Of a DNA stretch of 64,000 bases, positions 12,650-26,330 are shown in pieces. Positions within the stretch are counted from its first letter, which is position 1. Each line of letters starts with the position of its first letter. The notes under the pieces are model-generated. The model was given only the letters and a program-made list of their open reading frames with translations. It ran no database searches and was not told the DNA's origin. This DNA comes from Takakia lepidozioides. Taxonomy: Eukaryota > Plantae > Bryophyta. The stretch lies in NCBI GenBank assembly GCA_030704615.1, contig CM060733.1:2170001-2234000 (forward strand), given 5' to 3'. The position numbers and the translations under genes are program-made.

Positions 12650-13330
12650 TGTGGTGGACTAGTAACTGCCATAGTGGGCAGCCTAGTGACTGACTAGTGA
12701 CAGCCTAGTGGTTGGACTAGTGGCTGGACTAGTGGTATACTAGTATGTGGTGTGCACATGTGTTGTGTGGTTTTGGACAACGATGTAGTTGTGTAGCTAT
12801 ATGTATGCGCACGACAAGGGTCCCAAATTTGGCAAATGCTAAAAAAAATGGAGAGGATTGGAGCGGCCAATGGGGAGGGAGGACACGGGTGTTGAAATGG
12901 GTGATATCTGAGGCCACTTCTAGAGGCTTGCATACAAGCATATATGTGAGGCAGTGGGTCCTTCTTCTACTTCTAGAGTTTTTTGGAGAAGTAGGATGAG
13001 GTGGTGGGGATGGGCGGTGGGTTGTTGGTGCCGCTCCCCCGTTCCCTCGCTCCCCCGTGTTCGTGCTCCCCTGTTACTGCTCTGGCGACACGGGGGAGCA
13101 TAGTAATAGGCGTAAACACAGGGGAGCAATAACAAGGGAACAAGGGAATGACGCAGCAGGAACAAAGGAGCAAAGGCTAAGGAACATGGAGGGGAGCGCC
13201 TGAGGAAAGGGCATGAAGCACAATGGAAGCTCGACTGGACAGGGGTGGGGATTTGACTGCGGGCCCACGTGGGGCCTCTCCGGCTAACTCAGGTGATCGT
13301 ACCGGCAAGGCTCGCACGTGCGCATTCAAC
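12650..13330 (+). repeat. Second LTR copy of the same family (truncated)
   Basis: tgtggtggactagtaactgccatagtgggcagcc...gcgcacgaca matches 12139-12319, then diverges. End is approximate. Confidence 0.6.
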
Positions 13331-13499
13331 TCCCATCCTATGTCTAGTGCAAACCGTTCTACCCTAGTGATTGTAATTATTTTTCATTAATATTTTTAAT
13401 ACATTAGATTCTTGGGTTATTTTATTTATTAAAATAAACTGGGTTTTGTTTGATAACCGGATACTGAACCGTCGGAGGCCATCATGACGTAAACTTCAT

Positions 13500-13770
13500 T
13501 TGTCCATAACCGCATGATGTGGTTGGGCTTCACCCCTTCGCGCAACATTTGCTCATAGGTCTCCAAAGCATTCCTACCACACCCATGCTTGGTAAATCCT
13601 GCCAACATTACATTCCACGTGATCAAAGATCATTGAGGCATTCTGTTGAAAACTTCGTGAGCATGCATGCATGATGCTCCTGCACTTAACATACATGTTT
13701 GACATGAGTGCTGAGTAGAAAAACATTTGGCATGAATCCACTTTGGATAATGTGACAGTGCAGCTGCTTC
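13500..13770 (-). pseudogene. PPR gene fragment (second copy)
   Basis: ITWNVMLAGFTKHGCGRNALETYEQMLREGVKPNHI and the upstream HCHIIQSGFMPNVFLL-like segment match 14870-15105. Confidence 0.85.
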
Positions 13771-13882
13771 CATGCTATCCACGCCTCTGCACAAATCATG
13801 CATACATCCTTGCCGTGCTGCTAGCAGCCAACAAATAACAGCCTAGATTTGTTCTAGGAAACACCCAACTCACCTTATCACC

Positions 13883-15557
13883 TTACCACACTAGTTCCAC
13901 AAACGTGATGTGGTTGGGCTTCACCATTTCGCACATCATTTGCTCATAGGTGTCCAAAGTCTCTATCCCGCGCCCTTGCTGTGCATATCCTGCAATCATC
14001 GCACTCCACGACACCACATCTTGTTCAGCCATAGTGTCGAACACTCCTGTTGCATCCTCAATGCACCCACATTTTTGCATACATGTCCATCAGGGTATTG
14101 TTCAAAATGACATTTTGTACATTTCCAGCCCTGACGATGTCGCCATGGACCTCTTTGCCCTTTTCCAGAGCTGCCAGGGTTGTGTTCAGAATGACATTTG
14201 GTACAATTCCAGCTTTGATGATGTCACCATGCACCTCTTTGCCCTTTTCCAGGGCTTTCAGGCTTGCACAAGCATTGCAAGTGCACACAAACGTGATGTG
14301 GTCGGGCTTCACCCCTTCGCACATCATTTGCTCATACGTCTCCAAAGCCTCCATCCCGCTCCCCTGCTGTGCATTCCCTGCGAGCATCGCACTCCACGAT
14401 ACCACATTTCGTTCAGCCATATTGTTGACAACTCCCTTTGCATCCCCGATGCCCCCTTATTTGGCATATATGTCCACCAGGGCAGTGTTCAGGATCTTAT
14501 CTGGTACGATTCCAGCTCTGATGATGCCGCCATGCACCTCTTTGCCCTTTTCCAGGGCTGCCAGGCTTGCAAACGTCATGTGGTCGGGCTTCATCCCTTC
14601 ACACATCATTTGCTCATACGTCTCCAAAGCCTCCATCCCGCGCCCCTACTGTGCATACCCTGCAAGCATCGCACTCCACGACACCACATTTCGTTCAGCC
14701 ATATTGTTGAACACTCCTTTTGCATCCTCGATGCTCCCACATTTGGCATACATGTCCACCAGGGCAGTGTTCAGGATCACATCTGGTACGATTCCAGCTC
14801 TGACGATGTCACCATGCACCTCTTTGCCCTTTTCCAAGGCTGCCAGGCTTGCACACGCACACAAACGTGATGTGGTCGGGCTTCACCCCTTCCCCCATCA
14901 TTTGCTCATAGGTTTCCAAAGCATTCCTACCACACCCATGCTTGGTAAATCCTTCTAACATTATATTCCACGTGATCAAAGATCGTTGAGGCATTTTGTT
15001 GAACACTTGGTGAGCATCCATGATGCTCCCGCACTTAACATACATGTTGACAAGGGTGTTGAGGAGAAAAACATTTGGCGTGAATCCACTTTGGATAATG
15101 TGAGCTGAAATGCCTCCTTGGTTTAAAGTCTGTAGAGCCTCTGTTAATCTGCCTGCCTCACAAAGCATCTTCACATGCCCATAAGTGCCAGAAGAGGCAT
15201 TGTGGACTCCCTCTCTTGATCCGCTTCCAGAAGCTGTGGTCACGGTTGAGGTGCCTGGTTTTATCAACTGTGCCGCTGCAGCTGCTGCCTTTAGTTGACC
15301 ATCTACCCATGCAGGTTTCTTGTGGCTATTGATCCACAGGGAATCATAGGTAATCTTGTGCTTGAAATCTGGCCCTCTTGGAAGAATCTGTACCCACTCT
15401 CTATCCCTGCTCCTTCAGCTATCCATGCATCTGCACAAATCATGCGGCCGCCGAGATCGCACGTCCCCAACAGCACAATCTGGCGCTTCAAAATGGTGAG
15501 TCTCACCAAGTTTCGTCCCACTCCCGCGCTATCTTCCGGCCGTTTGGTATGTGGCAT
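13883..15557 (-). pseudogene. PLS-class PPR protein pseudogene (organellar RNA-editing factor type), frameshifted, with no E/DYW domain visible
   Basis: Repeated P-L-S triplets (NVVSWSAMLAGYAQ.../PDHITFV..CASLAALEKGKEVH/PDVILNTALVDMYAKCGSIEDAKGVF) are spread over several frames, preceded by a transit-peptide-like N-terminal region. Confidence 0.9.
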
Positions 15558-18500
15558 TCTCCCCTGCTAGCTACCACTCAGCCTCACACGTTATGACGAG
15601 TGGCGGGGCAGGCGGCGGGGCCCATGGTCACCTGAGCTTGCCGCCATTTCTATAATATGGATATGGTGGGTTATGGGGGATTGCTGCTGGGGCTCTTGCA
15701 AGCCCATGCTCTATCTACTTTGCCTGCCTCACCATACGCCTCACTAACATACTAATAGAGTGGCAGTTTAGTGAGCCATTGTTGGGCATGCTCTTAGAGA
15801 GAACTCTAGATTATGACTTTATAATGTGCAGTAGAGTTGGATGCAACACTTAGGCATTTCAAACTCACTAGCTCATCCTGATCAGCTACAATTGTAAGTA
15901 TACTACCGTAGCATCTAAAGATTTGCAGCAGGTTTGACAGAAGCTATATTTGCATATAATGACCAAAATTTGCAACACCACAATCACATCTTCAAAGCTC
16001 GATTGCATTTCTAATTAGTAACCAACTCACATGTCTATATACTCTATATCAAAAAAATTCCAAATACAACTCGGCTAATATGTATGTATTCTTCAAGCAT
16101 AACAAAAACATATATCGACCTATAGTCATTTCCCTCACATTGCCCTCTTCAAGCGAGGTAATCCTCGTTCAAGCATCCTAAAGAGATTGGCACAGGAGAG
16201 GTGCCTAGCCGAATAGCCCTATGATGAATGACAATTGACCATTTAATGAGCAAGTGTAGAGGGGGCGCTATAGCTCCCATTCATTGCCAAAAGAAACAGC
16301 CATGATGTACCAAGTAGCTAGTTGGGAATGGCTCATCCTTGTGAATATTAGAATCTACCTTCATTCGAGATTCGGTAGCATATGCGCAAGCTCATACCAC
16401 AGTGAGCATAGGATATACCCAAAATTCCAAGAATATTCTTAGAAGATACTCAGACGAAACAAAAATGTGCTCACGCCGTAAAAATGCAAACCTTTTCGAA
16501 ATGTCACGTGAGTACAAGCCACACAATTGGAGCTTAGGAGATTGCCAATTCCTTAAACCATGTCTAGTGATTAATTGTTGGGTTTTTTATCATGTGATGT
16601 TGTTGCTCGTAATAGTCCATAATAAGCGAAAGTAGTCAAAGTTCATTAAATTGTTTCGCCCATGAAACTGTTGGATAATGACCTTCTCTAATAATCCGTA
16701 AAATTTCATTCGCGAAATAAATCAACCCGACGTCAAGTGACACTTGGTCAACGAGGATGTCATCCAGTCTTCCTTAAGGTAATTCTGGAAAATCTAGATT
16801 GTTGATTTATTTCGTTGGCGAAACCCATGGTGTGCTTTATCATTAAATTGTTGAATTAACTATTTGATGATTTATATGTATTAGTTTGTGTTTGTATTTG
16901 TGACTTTCTTTTCCCTACTATGCTGCACAATACCAATTTGTTAATATATGGAACTTGGAACTTGTGAATATACAATACTAAAGAGAGCGCGTGTGTGTGT
17001 AAGCACTAAGAACCCTATGTCTCTCTTTCATATTTCTATTTCCCTGGGAACATGGGTACCCTATTGCCATTTTTGGTGCTTATGCCTCCATTTTCCTGCG
17101 ATCACATGAGTTGTGCTCACTTTCTACCAAACCCCTTTCATCCATAATAAACTTGAAGATTTATCCATTTATTTTTCATAAGTTGTTCAATAAATGAGAT
17201 TGTCACCCAAAGATGGTAAGAAAACAAAGAGAAAAGAGCACAATCAATTGACAACCTGTCAACGAGCGTATGGAGGAGGTTGGATAACATGCCAGCAAAC
17301 AAACATATCCCACTTTGTAGGAATATCAAAGAGTATATGCATGAGAAATGAAAATAAATTAACATTAGAAAATTACGAAACTATTGTCAAGTTGTCCTTT
17401 TTTTTTTTTAAACAAAAAAAAAGTTGTCATGCTCATGTGAGCATAGTTATACGCTAACGTCTTTCATGAGATATCCATCCAGATTAAAACTTTCGCTAGC
17501 AAAATGTTGTCGTTATGATATTATAATAGTACTAAAAGTATTATTTAGATGCCAAATATTTTCTTTATGGTAATTTTAAGGGTTTTGACTTTTTTCCATT
17601 CCATTATTCCAAATAATTTTCTTATGTGCTTAAGAGATATTCATAAACCATGTACCGGACCTCTTAACAGACCAATATCCTATTTCTGTCTATGCCTTGT
17701 ATTTCTGTTTGCAAACATTTTGCGCCCCTATAATCGTGGATTGTGCTCATGTTGTACCAAAGTACCAAGTACCAAACCCCATTGGGAGAGATACCCTCAA
17801 GCGTGAGGAGACAGAGCTAAAACAAAGCTAATGAGCATTTATCCAAAATTTAGAGAAATTGCTCAAAATCCTGAAAAGTCATTGACACAAAACTAACATG
17901 AAAAGCCCAAAATGGGCCTGGTGCGCTTAAGGGTTCGTCTGTGTAGATTCAGTACACAACCGGAAGGTCATCCTTACAGGAGCTGGGGCCAATGGGGCAT
18001 GCTAACTAACCTGCCGGTTCTCACGGTCTCATGCGACATTCCATTGTGGTGGCTATAGTAAATAGTGGCCATCCTTCAACAATGCTTTCTCAATTGAGGT
18101 TATTTTGACCCTTCAAAAACTCCAGTTCAGGTTAATCTAGGTCATACTAATCTATTTGGGATCATGATAGTTAATTTTAACATGGCCAACTTTATGTGAC
18201 AGCACGCTGCCACCGCATGCTTGGGCCCACGCTCTGGGAACAGGTTACTTACTATGAGAACTTGTTACTCACTCCTAGAGCAGGATATCTGTTCCGGGAA
18301 CTGATTATGTATGTCAGGAACGGTTCTAATATTGTAGTCGTACTTTGCTTTGGAATAATTAAATATCCACTGGCTACAGAGTTTTCATCCATAATTTATT
18401 TTTTATTTGGAGACATTTGGCGGCTTCATCCATGAAAAAACAGGAGATTTGTGACAGAATATTCCATTTTATTTTTTGAGGTCGAAATCTGGGGAAAATT

Positions 18501-19006
18501 CGCAAATAAAAAAAACTCTTAATCATATATATGTTCTTTCAATTTTTGGGAAGGAAACCTCAGCAAGCAAGTGATATTGGTTGTTTTCAAAACTTAAGAT
18601 TTTAAACTGTATGGTATTTCAGTAAGGGGAAGTCCAAATTGAAGTTTTTTTTTTCCTTTTTTTTTCTTTTCACGGAACAGGGGGGTGTGGCCCTGTTTTA
18701 CTTTATTGAAAAAGGGAAAGATACAAGCATAGCATCATGAGGAAAAAATAACCTCAATATCAAAGTGCCATAGAGGCTGATGTAGGAAGCCACTGCTTCG
18801 TAACCAAAAGACAGCAGTCTGCAGAGAAAGAGTCTGATAAGGTCTGGTAATGAGAGAAGAGAAGATAAAGCTTAGACTCAAGAGTCATGTCCATCTAAGA
18901 AAAGGTGTCAAAGGACCGTTGCACAATCGATTTGCCCTTCCTAACTGATTTTCTATGCCTCCAATTGACCTCCTGGTCCTCCCGATCCAGCAGGGTATGC
19001 ATCGCA

Positions 19007-22000
19007 CTAAGCGAACTGCCAGCCTGATGGGATGGTGTCACTCCAGAGAACTCGGGAATCAGATTGCCTGGTGCAGATTTTGCCCCCTTTGCCCCAGGAG
19101 TTGTCAAACTCATCGAGAAGTTGAGTCCTTCTTCTCGGGCCACATCTGCATAGAGCTTCCCCAATAACCCGCCAAGCCTTCCTAGCATCAGACATTAAAT
19201 CTGAGTGAACCATAAACAATATAGCCCTAGCGTTGCTCCATTTGTTAGCAAAAACAAAACCACATCTGGCTTTCCAGATATTCCATAGCGTCTGAGCTCT
19301 GAGGGAAGCCCATACCGGGCAAGGTGACCACAATGCATCCTCTTGAAAATTAAGAAGTAACACTGAGGTATCATCCCGAGGGAGAGGGTTCCAAAAGGAG
19401 TAGAAATTCCGGACCATACGCCAAGAAGCACGGGCGGCGTGACAGTACAGTAGGCAATGCTCCATGGTTTCAGGCACGTTCATGTTGCAGAGCTTACAAA
19501 CTAAGCTAGCATCAGAAACAGAGTAAGAGACTGGGAGAATTCTGTTAACCATCTTCCATAGAAAGCCCGAGAGCTTTGCAGCCCGGTCTTTCCTCCAAAT
19601 ATCCTTCCAAATGCACTTCCAAGATTTGGGATCCACTGGGATATGGAAGTTTAGTAAAGAGTACCATTTCTTGACCATGTAAGAGAAGAAAGGCGAGTGC
19701 TTCTTATCTTGCCAAATCCATTCACCAGGGTCGAACTGTAGCAAGGTTAGCGGAGCCAACAAAAACCAGAGGAAGTGAGAGCTTTGGTGGCAGCCATTGG
19801 CCGCTGAGGGGCTGATCATGCCAATGTTCATACAAATGACTTTGATGGCGTAGATGGCAACTTCCTCACAATGAGAAATTTCAGGAGAGTGTAAAAAACC
19901 AGAAGGGTGGACTTTAAACAACCAGCCCCGAAGAGAAGAGCCATCCCGTGACATAGCAAAGAAAGTTTTTTTGGGAATGATACCCTCCAAACCCCACCAT
20001 GTGTTGAGGGCCTTCCTGTTCCTGGGATGGGAGGTCAGAGAAACCCAACGGTCAGGGAAATCAGCAGTCACCATCCCCCAACCAGCAGCAGCCTGCCTGC
20101 TGGTCATATCAGAGGTGACAAGCTCTCTAGGCAAAAGAGTACCATTGTTCCAAAGGTGAGTAAAGTGAGAAACCCCCGCGGCTTCCCAAAATGCCCAGAG
20201 AGGTGAACACTTAATGAGAGCTTCAAAATCTCTATTGTACTTTCCAAAGAGGGGTTGTCTGAGGGCCTCCTCAGTCGTCATGGGCTGAAGCTGAGCAAGA
20301 GAGATACAGCAGTCCAGGCCCTCCATATGGATTTCCACGCACTGGAACCAGATAGAGGTTTGGCATTCGAGTTTCCATGACCTTGCACCACCCAACGTGC
20401 CGAGGGTGGCCAAATAGAGTGAGGGTTAGGCTTTGCATTTAAGAGATGTTGCCTAACTAGAATACTCCATGGGGCAGATCCGGGGTATCCACTTGGCAAG
20501 TAGAGCACAGATCTGATAACCAGGGTCAATAACTCCAAGGCCCCCATCTTTTTTCTTTTGTGTTATTTGCTTCCAACTCACCAAAGCTCTTCTATTCTGC
20601 GAAGGGCTGGAGGCTCCCCAAATGAAATTGCGAACTAGGCTCTTAATCTGTTTGATTACAGCTTTGCCCTGTGACCAGACTGAGGAAGAAAACCAGCAAG
20701 AAGCCAAGAGGACCTGGTTGGCTACCAGAGCCCTGCCAGCGATGGAGAGATGCATCGAGCTCCAGTGAGACAGGCTTCATTTGAGGTTGGAAAGGAACCT
20801 TTCTGATCTCTTAGTATCATCCAGATCATGACCTATGAGGTGACCCAAAAGCACATGAGCACTCTCGTCTTGAAGCCATGAGAGGACCGTTGCTTTCCCC
20901 CCAATCATGGCAGTGGGCAGCTGAGCCAGGCTGCTTAATCCTTGAAAGAATACCTTTTGACTTGGGCCAATTAACTTTAAGTCCCGACGCCTCACAAAAA
21001 CAGTCGAGGGCTGAAAGCATTCTGTCCACATTAGACTGAGAGCTATTATCAAGCAAAAGGACCGTATCATCAGCATACATGGAGGATTTAATGTTGTCCT
21101 TGGGGTCAAGGGACTGGGGGTTTTTGAGGCCCCTAATATCATGCCTGAATCGCAGCAGGTGATTGAGCCCATCCATAGCCAGAAGAAAAAGAAAAGGAGA
21201 GAGGGAGCACCCTTGACTGACAGATCTGAACGGGGGAAGGAGCTCGATAGAGCTCCATTGATGATGACTTTGCTAGAAGCAAACTGAAGAAGGATGCGGA
21301 TCCAAGTGAGGAAGTTTCCATGGATTCCAATTTTTTCGATGATTGCGAGGAGGTAAGTCCTGTCAATGTTGTCAAAGGCTTTTTCAAAATCTAGCATCAG
21401 TAGAGCTAGCGGCTGATTGGTCTCATAGGCAGCGTCCAACGCTTCGTTAACCAACAACACATTATCTAGGATCATCCTATCCTTGAGAAAGCCAGTTTGC
21501 TGAGGGCAAATTAATTTACCTAGCAGGGGCTGCAGTCTGAAAGCTGGGCCTTTGCTACAATCTTATAAACTGCATTAAGAAGAGTGATAGGCCTGTAATT
21601 TGAGATGGAGCTCCTTTCTCCTTTCTTGAAAATAGTTATAACTCCTTGAGCAAGCTGAGAGCTCATGACTCATTTTTTAAGAATATCATCTGTAAGAGCA
21701 ACGAAATCATCACAACATTCCAACCAGATTGCTTTGAAAAGTTCCACAGGGAGACCATCTAGTCCTGGGGATTTGAAAGAAGCCAGGGAGGACATAGCCT
21801 CCTTGAGTTCCTTTGCAGAGAAAGGCTCCGAGAGAGCAGTCAGGTCTTCCTGAGAGACAAGGTTTGGAATAATAGCTAGGATCTCGGATAAGGATGATGT
21901 ACAGAGAGGAGAAGGTTCTCTTTTACTGAAGAGGGAAGTAAAATGGGTGGCTGCCATAGGAGCTAGATCCTTTGGCTTTGAGAAGAAAGCTCCTGAATCA

Positions 22001-23208
22001 TTCTTGAGAGAAGAAATAGCCTATCGTTGCTTGGCTTTCAGGAAAAAGTATCGAGTCATCTTTTCGCCCTTTAAAGACCAATTGATGCCTGCCTTACGCC
22101 TAAGGTTGTCCTCTTTGGCTTTGAGCATGTCCGCTAGATTCTTTTTGGACAGGGAATAGGATTCCCAAGTTTGGGGGGTTGCAAAGTTAAACTCAATCAT
22201 CTTTTGGCATTGAGACAAACACTTGAGGAGTGCTTTTTCTTTACGCAATCTATCCATGGCAAAGGATCTGGAAAGTGACTGAGCCAGCTTGCGCACCGCC
22301 TCCAACTCTTGAGAAATCTAAGGGTAGGGGAGGTGAAGGAGTTCCCCGCACTCTTCCAAGAGATTTTAAGAGACTCCAGATAAGAAAGAACAGCCAGAAT
22401 GGAAGGATTAAGCTTGAAAAAGCCCCTTCCCTTTAGCATGAAAATCAGGAAGTGCTAGATCCATAGCTACACAAGCATGATCAAAACCGGGAAGGATAGG
22501 GCTCTGAAGTTGAAGCGAGGCCCATATGAGCGGTGTGGGGGTGCAGTAAAAACGGTCGAGTCTGGCCATGCACAGATCAGGGGGCTTTCTGTTGTTGGTC
22601 CACGTAAAATGCAAACCCGTACGGGGCTGATCTAAAACGTCTGATAATCCAGCAACAAGACAAAGCGAATCCCAAGAGTCCATTTCATCTGCAGATAAAG
22701 CAAGAGAGGTCGCAGCCAAACGATTGCTCACGCGTTGCACCATATTCATATCACCCCCCAAAATCCAGTGTGTAACATCAGGGAAGGCAAGGATTTTCAG
22801 CTTTAAAAATGACCAAAACTCTATCCTATCAGAGGTACCATTTGGCACGTAAACATTGATGAAAGCGCAACCTTGAAAAGGAGAAGAGGATGTGGTGAAA
22901 GCCACCTGGACGCGCCCTTGCATCCAAGTTTCTACACTAGAGAAGAAAGGAAGCAGTCCGGGGAAAATGAGAATCGAAGTTCCTCTTCTAGATTGGGAGA
23001 TAGTAGGGTTCCACCAGGCAGCAGAAGCAGGCCAGAATGTAGAGCCTAGATTTTGGATTTTAGTAGAGTCAAGCTTATGTTCCTGGAGAAATATAACAAC
23101 ACTGCCATTTGTAAAACTGGAAGCCCAAAGCTTGAGACGACGTCTTTTTGGCATGGAGGCTTCCGACCTAATGCCCCGAATGTTCCATGAGTACAGGGAA
23201 CAATTCAT
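19007..23208 (-). pseudogene. LINE ORF2: AP endonuclease, reverse transcriptase, zf-RVT
   Basis: SWNIRG, FLQEHK, WILGGDMN, RLDRFY, FDH (APE); KSPGLDGLPVE, LDFEKAFD, MYADD (RT); CKLC...ETMEHCLLYC (zf-RVT). Several frameshifts and stops. Confidence 0.93.
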
Positions 23209-25480
23209 GGAGGCTTTGAAGCAAAGCCCATGGGAGTCCCACGATTTGATGGCTGGAAAGGAGGCTTCTTAATGCATCTAATGTCAGCAACTGAGAGGAG
23301 AAGAGCCGGCAACCCGGGGACCCACTGCTGGAGCCAGGAGGGAGTGGAGCTGATAAGCTTCGAGAGGAGCAGCAAAGGCAGAGCAGAAGACAGCTTCAGC
23401 GCAATCCATACGAAGATACATGTGTTGTCAATTCCTGGAGGAGGAGTAACAAAATCCAGGGATGGATCCCAGCAGATGAGGAGAACGCAAGGCATAGATA
23501 AAGTGAATAAATCCCGTTTTTTGAAAAGGATAAGAGTGACCATAAGGCAAAAACCATGGGGAGGTAAAGCATATTGGGTTTCAAGCCATAGAAGATCAGA
23601 GACAGCCAAAGTGGAGAGTATACGGGAAGATGGAATAAGGCTCACTGGGGGTGGAGCGGGGATGGCCAAGTCCACTGGAGCCAAGTTGACAGAGGGATCA
23701 TCCACTTCCTGCACGTCCACCTCTTGAACATGGACCACCATCAAGCCATCGCTATTTTGAGGGCGATCAATAGTGGTGGAGTACAATTTTACCCTCGCCG
23801 AGGCGAGGAGAAGCTCTTTGCCAGCTGAATAAACTGCTGAGAGCCAAACATAATCAGAGTTAGCCTTGAAGCTATCAGGCAGCGTAGAATGAGAGATCCA
23901 GTTCATCTTATAGAAACCTGCCTCTTGCATGCGTACATCAGACAGTCTCATCACAGGGAGGACCTGAATGGTATGATTCTCTTGAGATGATGCGTCCAGT
24001 GAGAGGTAGGCTCCAAAGTATAGGGCGGTTTCTGCAGTAAGCATGAAGAGGGGAAGGTGTGTAGAGAAAACCTCCTTGATTTTTGAAATGATAAGGTCCA
24101 TCTCTTGACCCTCTTTGAAGGAGCCCAGATCTGCATCAGTCACCCAGGCACTGTGCATAGTAGAATCATGAGAGAAAAGAATTGACGGTGTACCGTTAGG
24201 GACACCGAAAATGATGGGCGTAGCCTGGATTTTCACGACAACAGACACTCCTGGAGGAACCACTGCCGGAAGAGAGAGTTCAGAGAAAGACCTCAGTTGC
24301 GAAAGGCAAAAGCAGGCGAGGTTAAGAGGAGCGTCACCCCCCAACTTGAAGCAGGCCTTCGGAGACAGGATCTGAGCTTGCGGCAGAGGCGATTTCGCCG
24401 GGAGCAGAAAAACCTCGGACTCACCGAAGGGGAACAAAAAAGAGAGTCCCGAGTCCGTTTGGCCGGTGGCTGATCCCAGGAGAAGAACCAAAGCGCTTTC
24501 GCAGCAGAGGGGAGGACGCAATCTGCACATTCTTGTTGCCCACACCTACCCCATTGAAACGGTTGAGAGCAGACATAATTTCGAACCCACATTTTGTAGC
24601 ATCTGGACAATCCGCAAGAACATGTCCCTCCTTGTGGCATTTGTGGCAAACAGTTGACAAAATCTCTTCCTTGATAATGACAGAGACGAAGCTTTTGTCC
24701 AAAGTGGGGAGCTTGATGGAGCTAGGGAGCTTGGTGCTTTCTGGCATAATCACAACAATCCACGGAATGCCACTGTCCCTGTACCCATCATAAGTAGCGG
24801 AATCGTGGTCTGCATTGCGGGGGTCGCTGAACTCAAAGTCGTTTGGTTGAATAGCACCGACAAAAGCCCCGAAATGCGCTCCAATCTCAGGTAATGATCA
24901 TAAGTAATTCCCTGGGAGGAAAGGGAGCGCAATGATCCTTGGCCTACATGTAACTCCATCCTTGTGCCCCCAGTCCGGGGACCAAGGGAAGATGTTAACA
25001 CGATATCTGGATCTAGTAGTATTAAATTTGAGCGCTCTCTCTGCAAGCTCCGCCGAGCCAAACATGATGGAGTAAAATCCTCGCCCCAGAGGAATGCAGA
25101 AGTGGTAGGTGAGACCGCCATCACCCCCGAGATGCTCATGGGCCCATTTTCTAGCCCAATGTTGATCTCTCACTCTCCCAGGAAAATGCACCAGAATACC
25201 TTGTTCCTTCAGCTGTAGAGAATGCTCCTTGATCAAATCCATGTCTAGGGCCAGGATGGGTTGGTTTTCATTAACAGACCCCGTAGCTTCACTCCACATT
25301 TGCATGGGAGGGGCCTCATGAGTAGGTGCTGGTCTGGGCCCAAGAACCCCAGGACCGTCATTGCCTTGTCTCCTTGCTGAACCTCCATTCCTGATTCTGG
25401 AGTCACGCCTGGGTTCACGACGGTTGTTGTGTTCCCGGCGTTGATGATGGAGGACTGCCGAGATAAAAGAAGCCATCGCC
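23205..25480 (-). pseudogene. LINE ORF1 (DUF4283-like + CCHC knuckle + long C-terminal extension)
   Basis: LGRGFYSIMFGS...VNIFPWSPDW, in-frame stop at 24898, CHKCHKEGHVLADC. A 446-aa frame (24545-23205) ends in an ATGA overlap with the ORF2 start. Confidence 0.7.
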
Positions 25481-26330
25481 AAATTGCAAAGCAGCGAGGG
25501 GGAGATTCCGAGATCAGGGCGCCAGGGAAGAGATCGCAAGGGGGAGGGAGATAATGAAAAAGAGCGGAAGGCTATGAGAGGGGTGTGTAGAGGGGGGGGA
25601 GTGGGGCTGTAGGAGGTTGAGGAGGCCATTAGTGCGAATTAATGGGAGACAGCTTGGGAGACAGGAGTAAAACCAAGCCAGGGCCAAAGAAAGGAGGTGG
25701 GTCAAATCGAAGCACAGGAAAGCCATGGCGGGAGAATAATCAGGAGACAAGAAATCAAAGAGCGCCGGCAGATGCCACTGGACCCATGAAGAATCTGAGC
25801 AGGGGGGAAAACGAGGAGCCGTCATACCGCAGCAGCCCTAAAGAGATGCTAGCCAATGTAATTGCAATAAAGGATTGCAATGAAAGGCTGCAGAGAGACG
25901 AGGCACGGAAGCCCTAAAGAAGAAGGAGGCAGAGAGGGGAGAAGAAAAGAAGTTGAGCGTTCGTTGAGGTGAGTAAGCAGAGGGGTGGGAAAGCCCGAGC
26001 TGTTGAGCAGGACAACGAAAACCATCAGTCCCTACTGTGCAAGCTCAAAACGGCTAAGTCCTAAAAACCTCTCTCTCACCGGATAACGCGGAGCCCTGGA
26101 GGGGCTCCCCAATTTTTTTCTTTCAATCATCTTTAGGAATCAAGTAGCAGGTCTCATCGCGTCAACTAGGATATCATGCCTTATGGCTTATGGGGTTTTT
26201 TCCTACTTAAATAAGGAAGGAGCAATGACCACTCACAAGTTTAATTACTGTCTGAGGAAAAAATACCCTCTTTCAAAGTAACCTTGCCATATGTGGCGAT
26301 CACCACGGAGGATTCAGTAGGAATAATGTA

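Larger units (their letters stand above)
8978..13330 (+). mobile_element. Degenerate Ty3/Gypsy LTR retrotransposon carrying a DNMT3-like methyltransferase and a C-terminal PHD finger (5'-truncated, RT deleted)
   Basis: Domain order on the plus strand is DNMT motifs, pre-RT linker (EERRRIWQFLRAYRNCFA), RNase H end (VVHQPGLVNRDADGLSRNP), integrase HHCC and DDE, PHD, PPT (aggagggcgat, 12128-12138), TG-starting LTR at 12139. Right boundary is approximate. Confidence 0.85.
18645..26110 (-). mobile_element. Near full-length L1/Tx1-type LINE (degenerate)
   Basis: ORF1 has a DUF4283-like region and a CHKCHKEGHVLADC knuckle. ORF2 has an AP endonuclease, RT and zf-RVT. AATAAA (minus, ~18705) precedes an A-rich tail at 18645-18670. 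A GGAGCCC/GGGCTCC hairpin lies at the 5' end. No convincing TSD. Confidence 0.9.

Noticed and set aside
13950-14958. Long plus-strand ORFs (306 and 302 aa)
   Set aside because: They are antisense shadows of the repetitive minus-strand PPR array.
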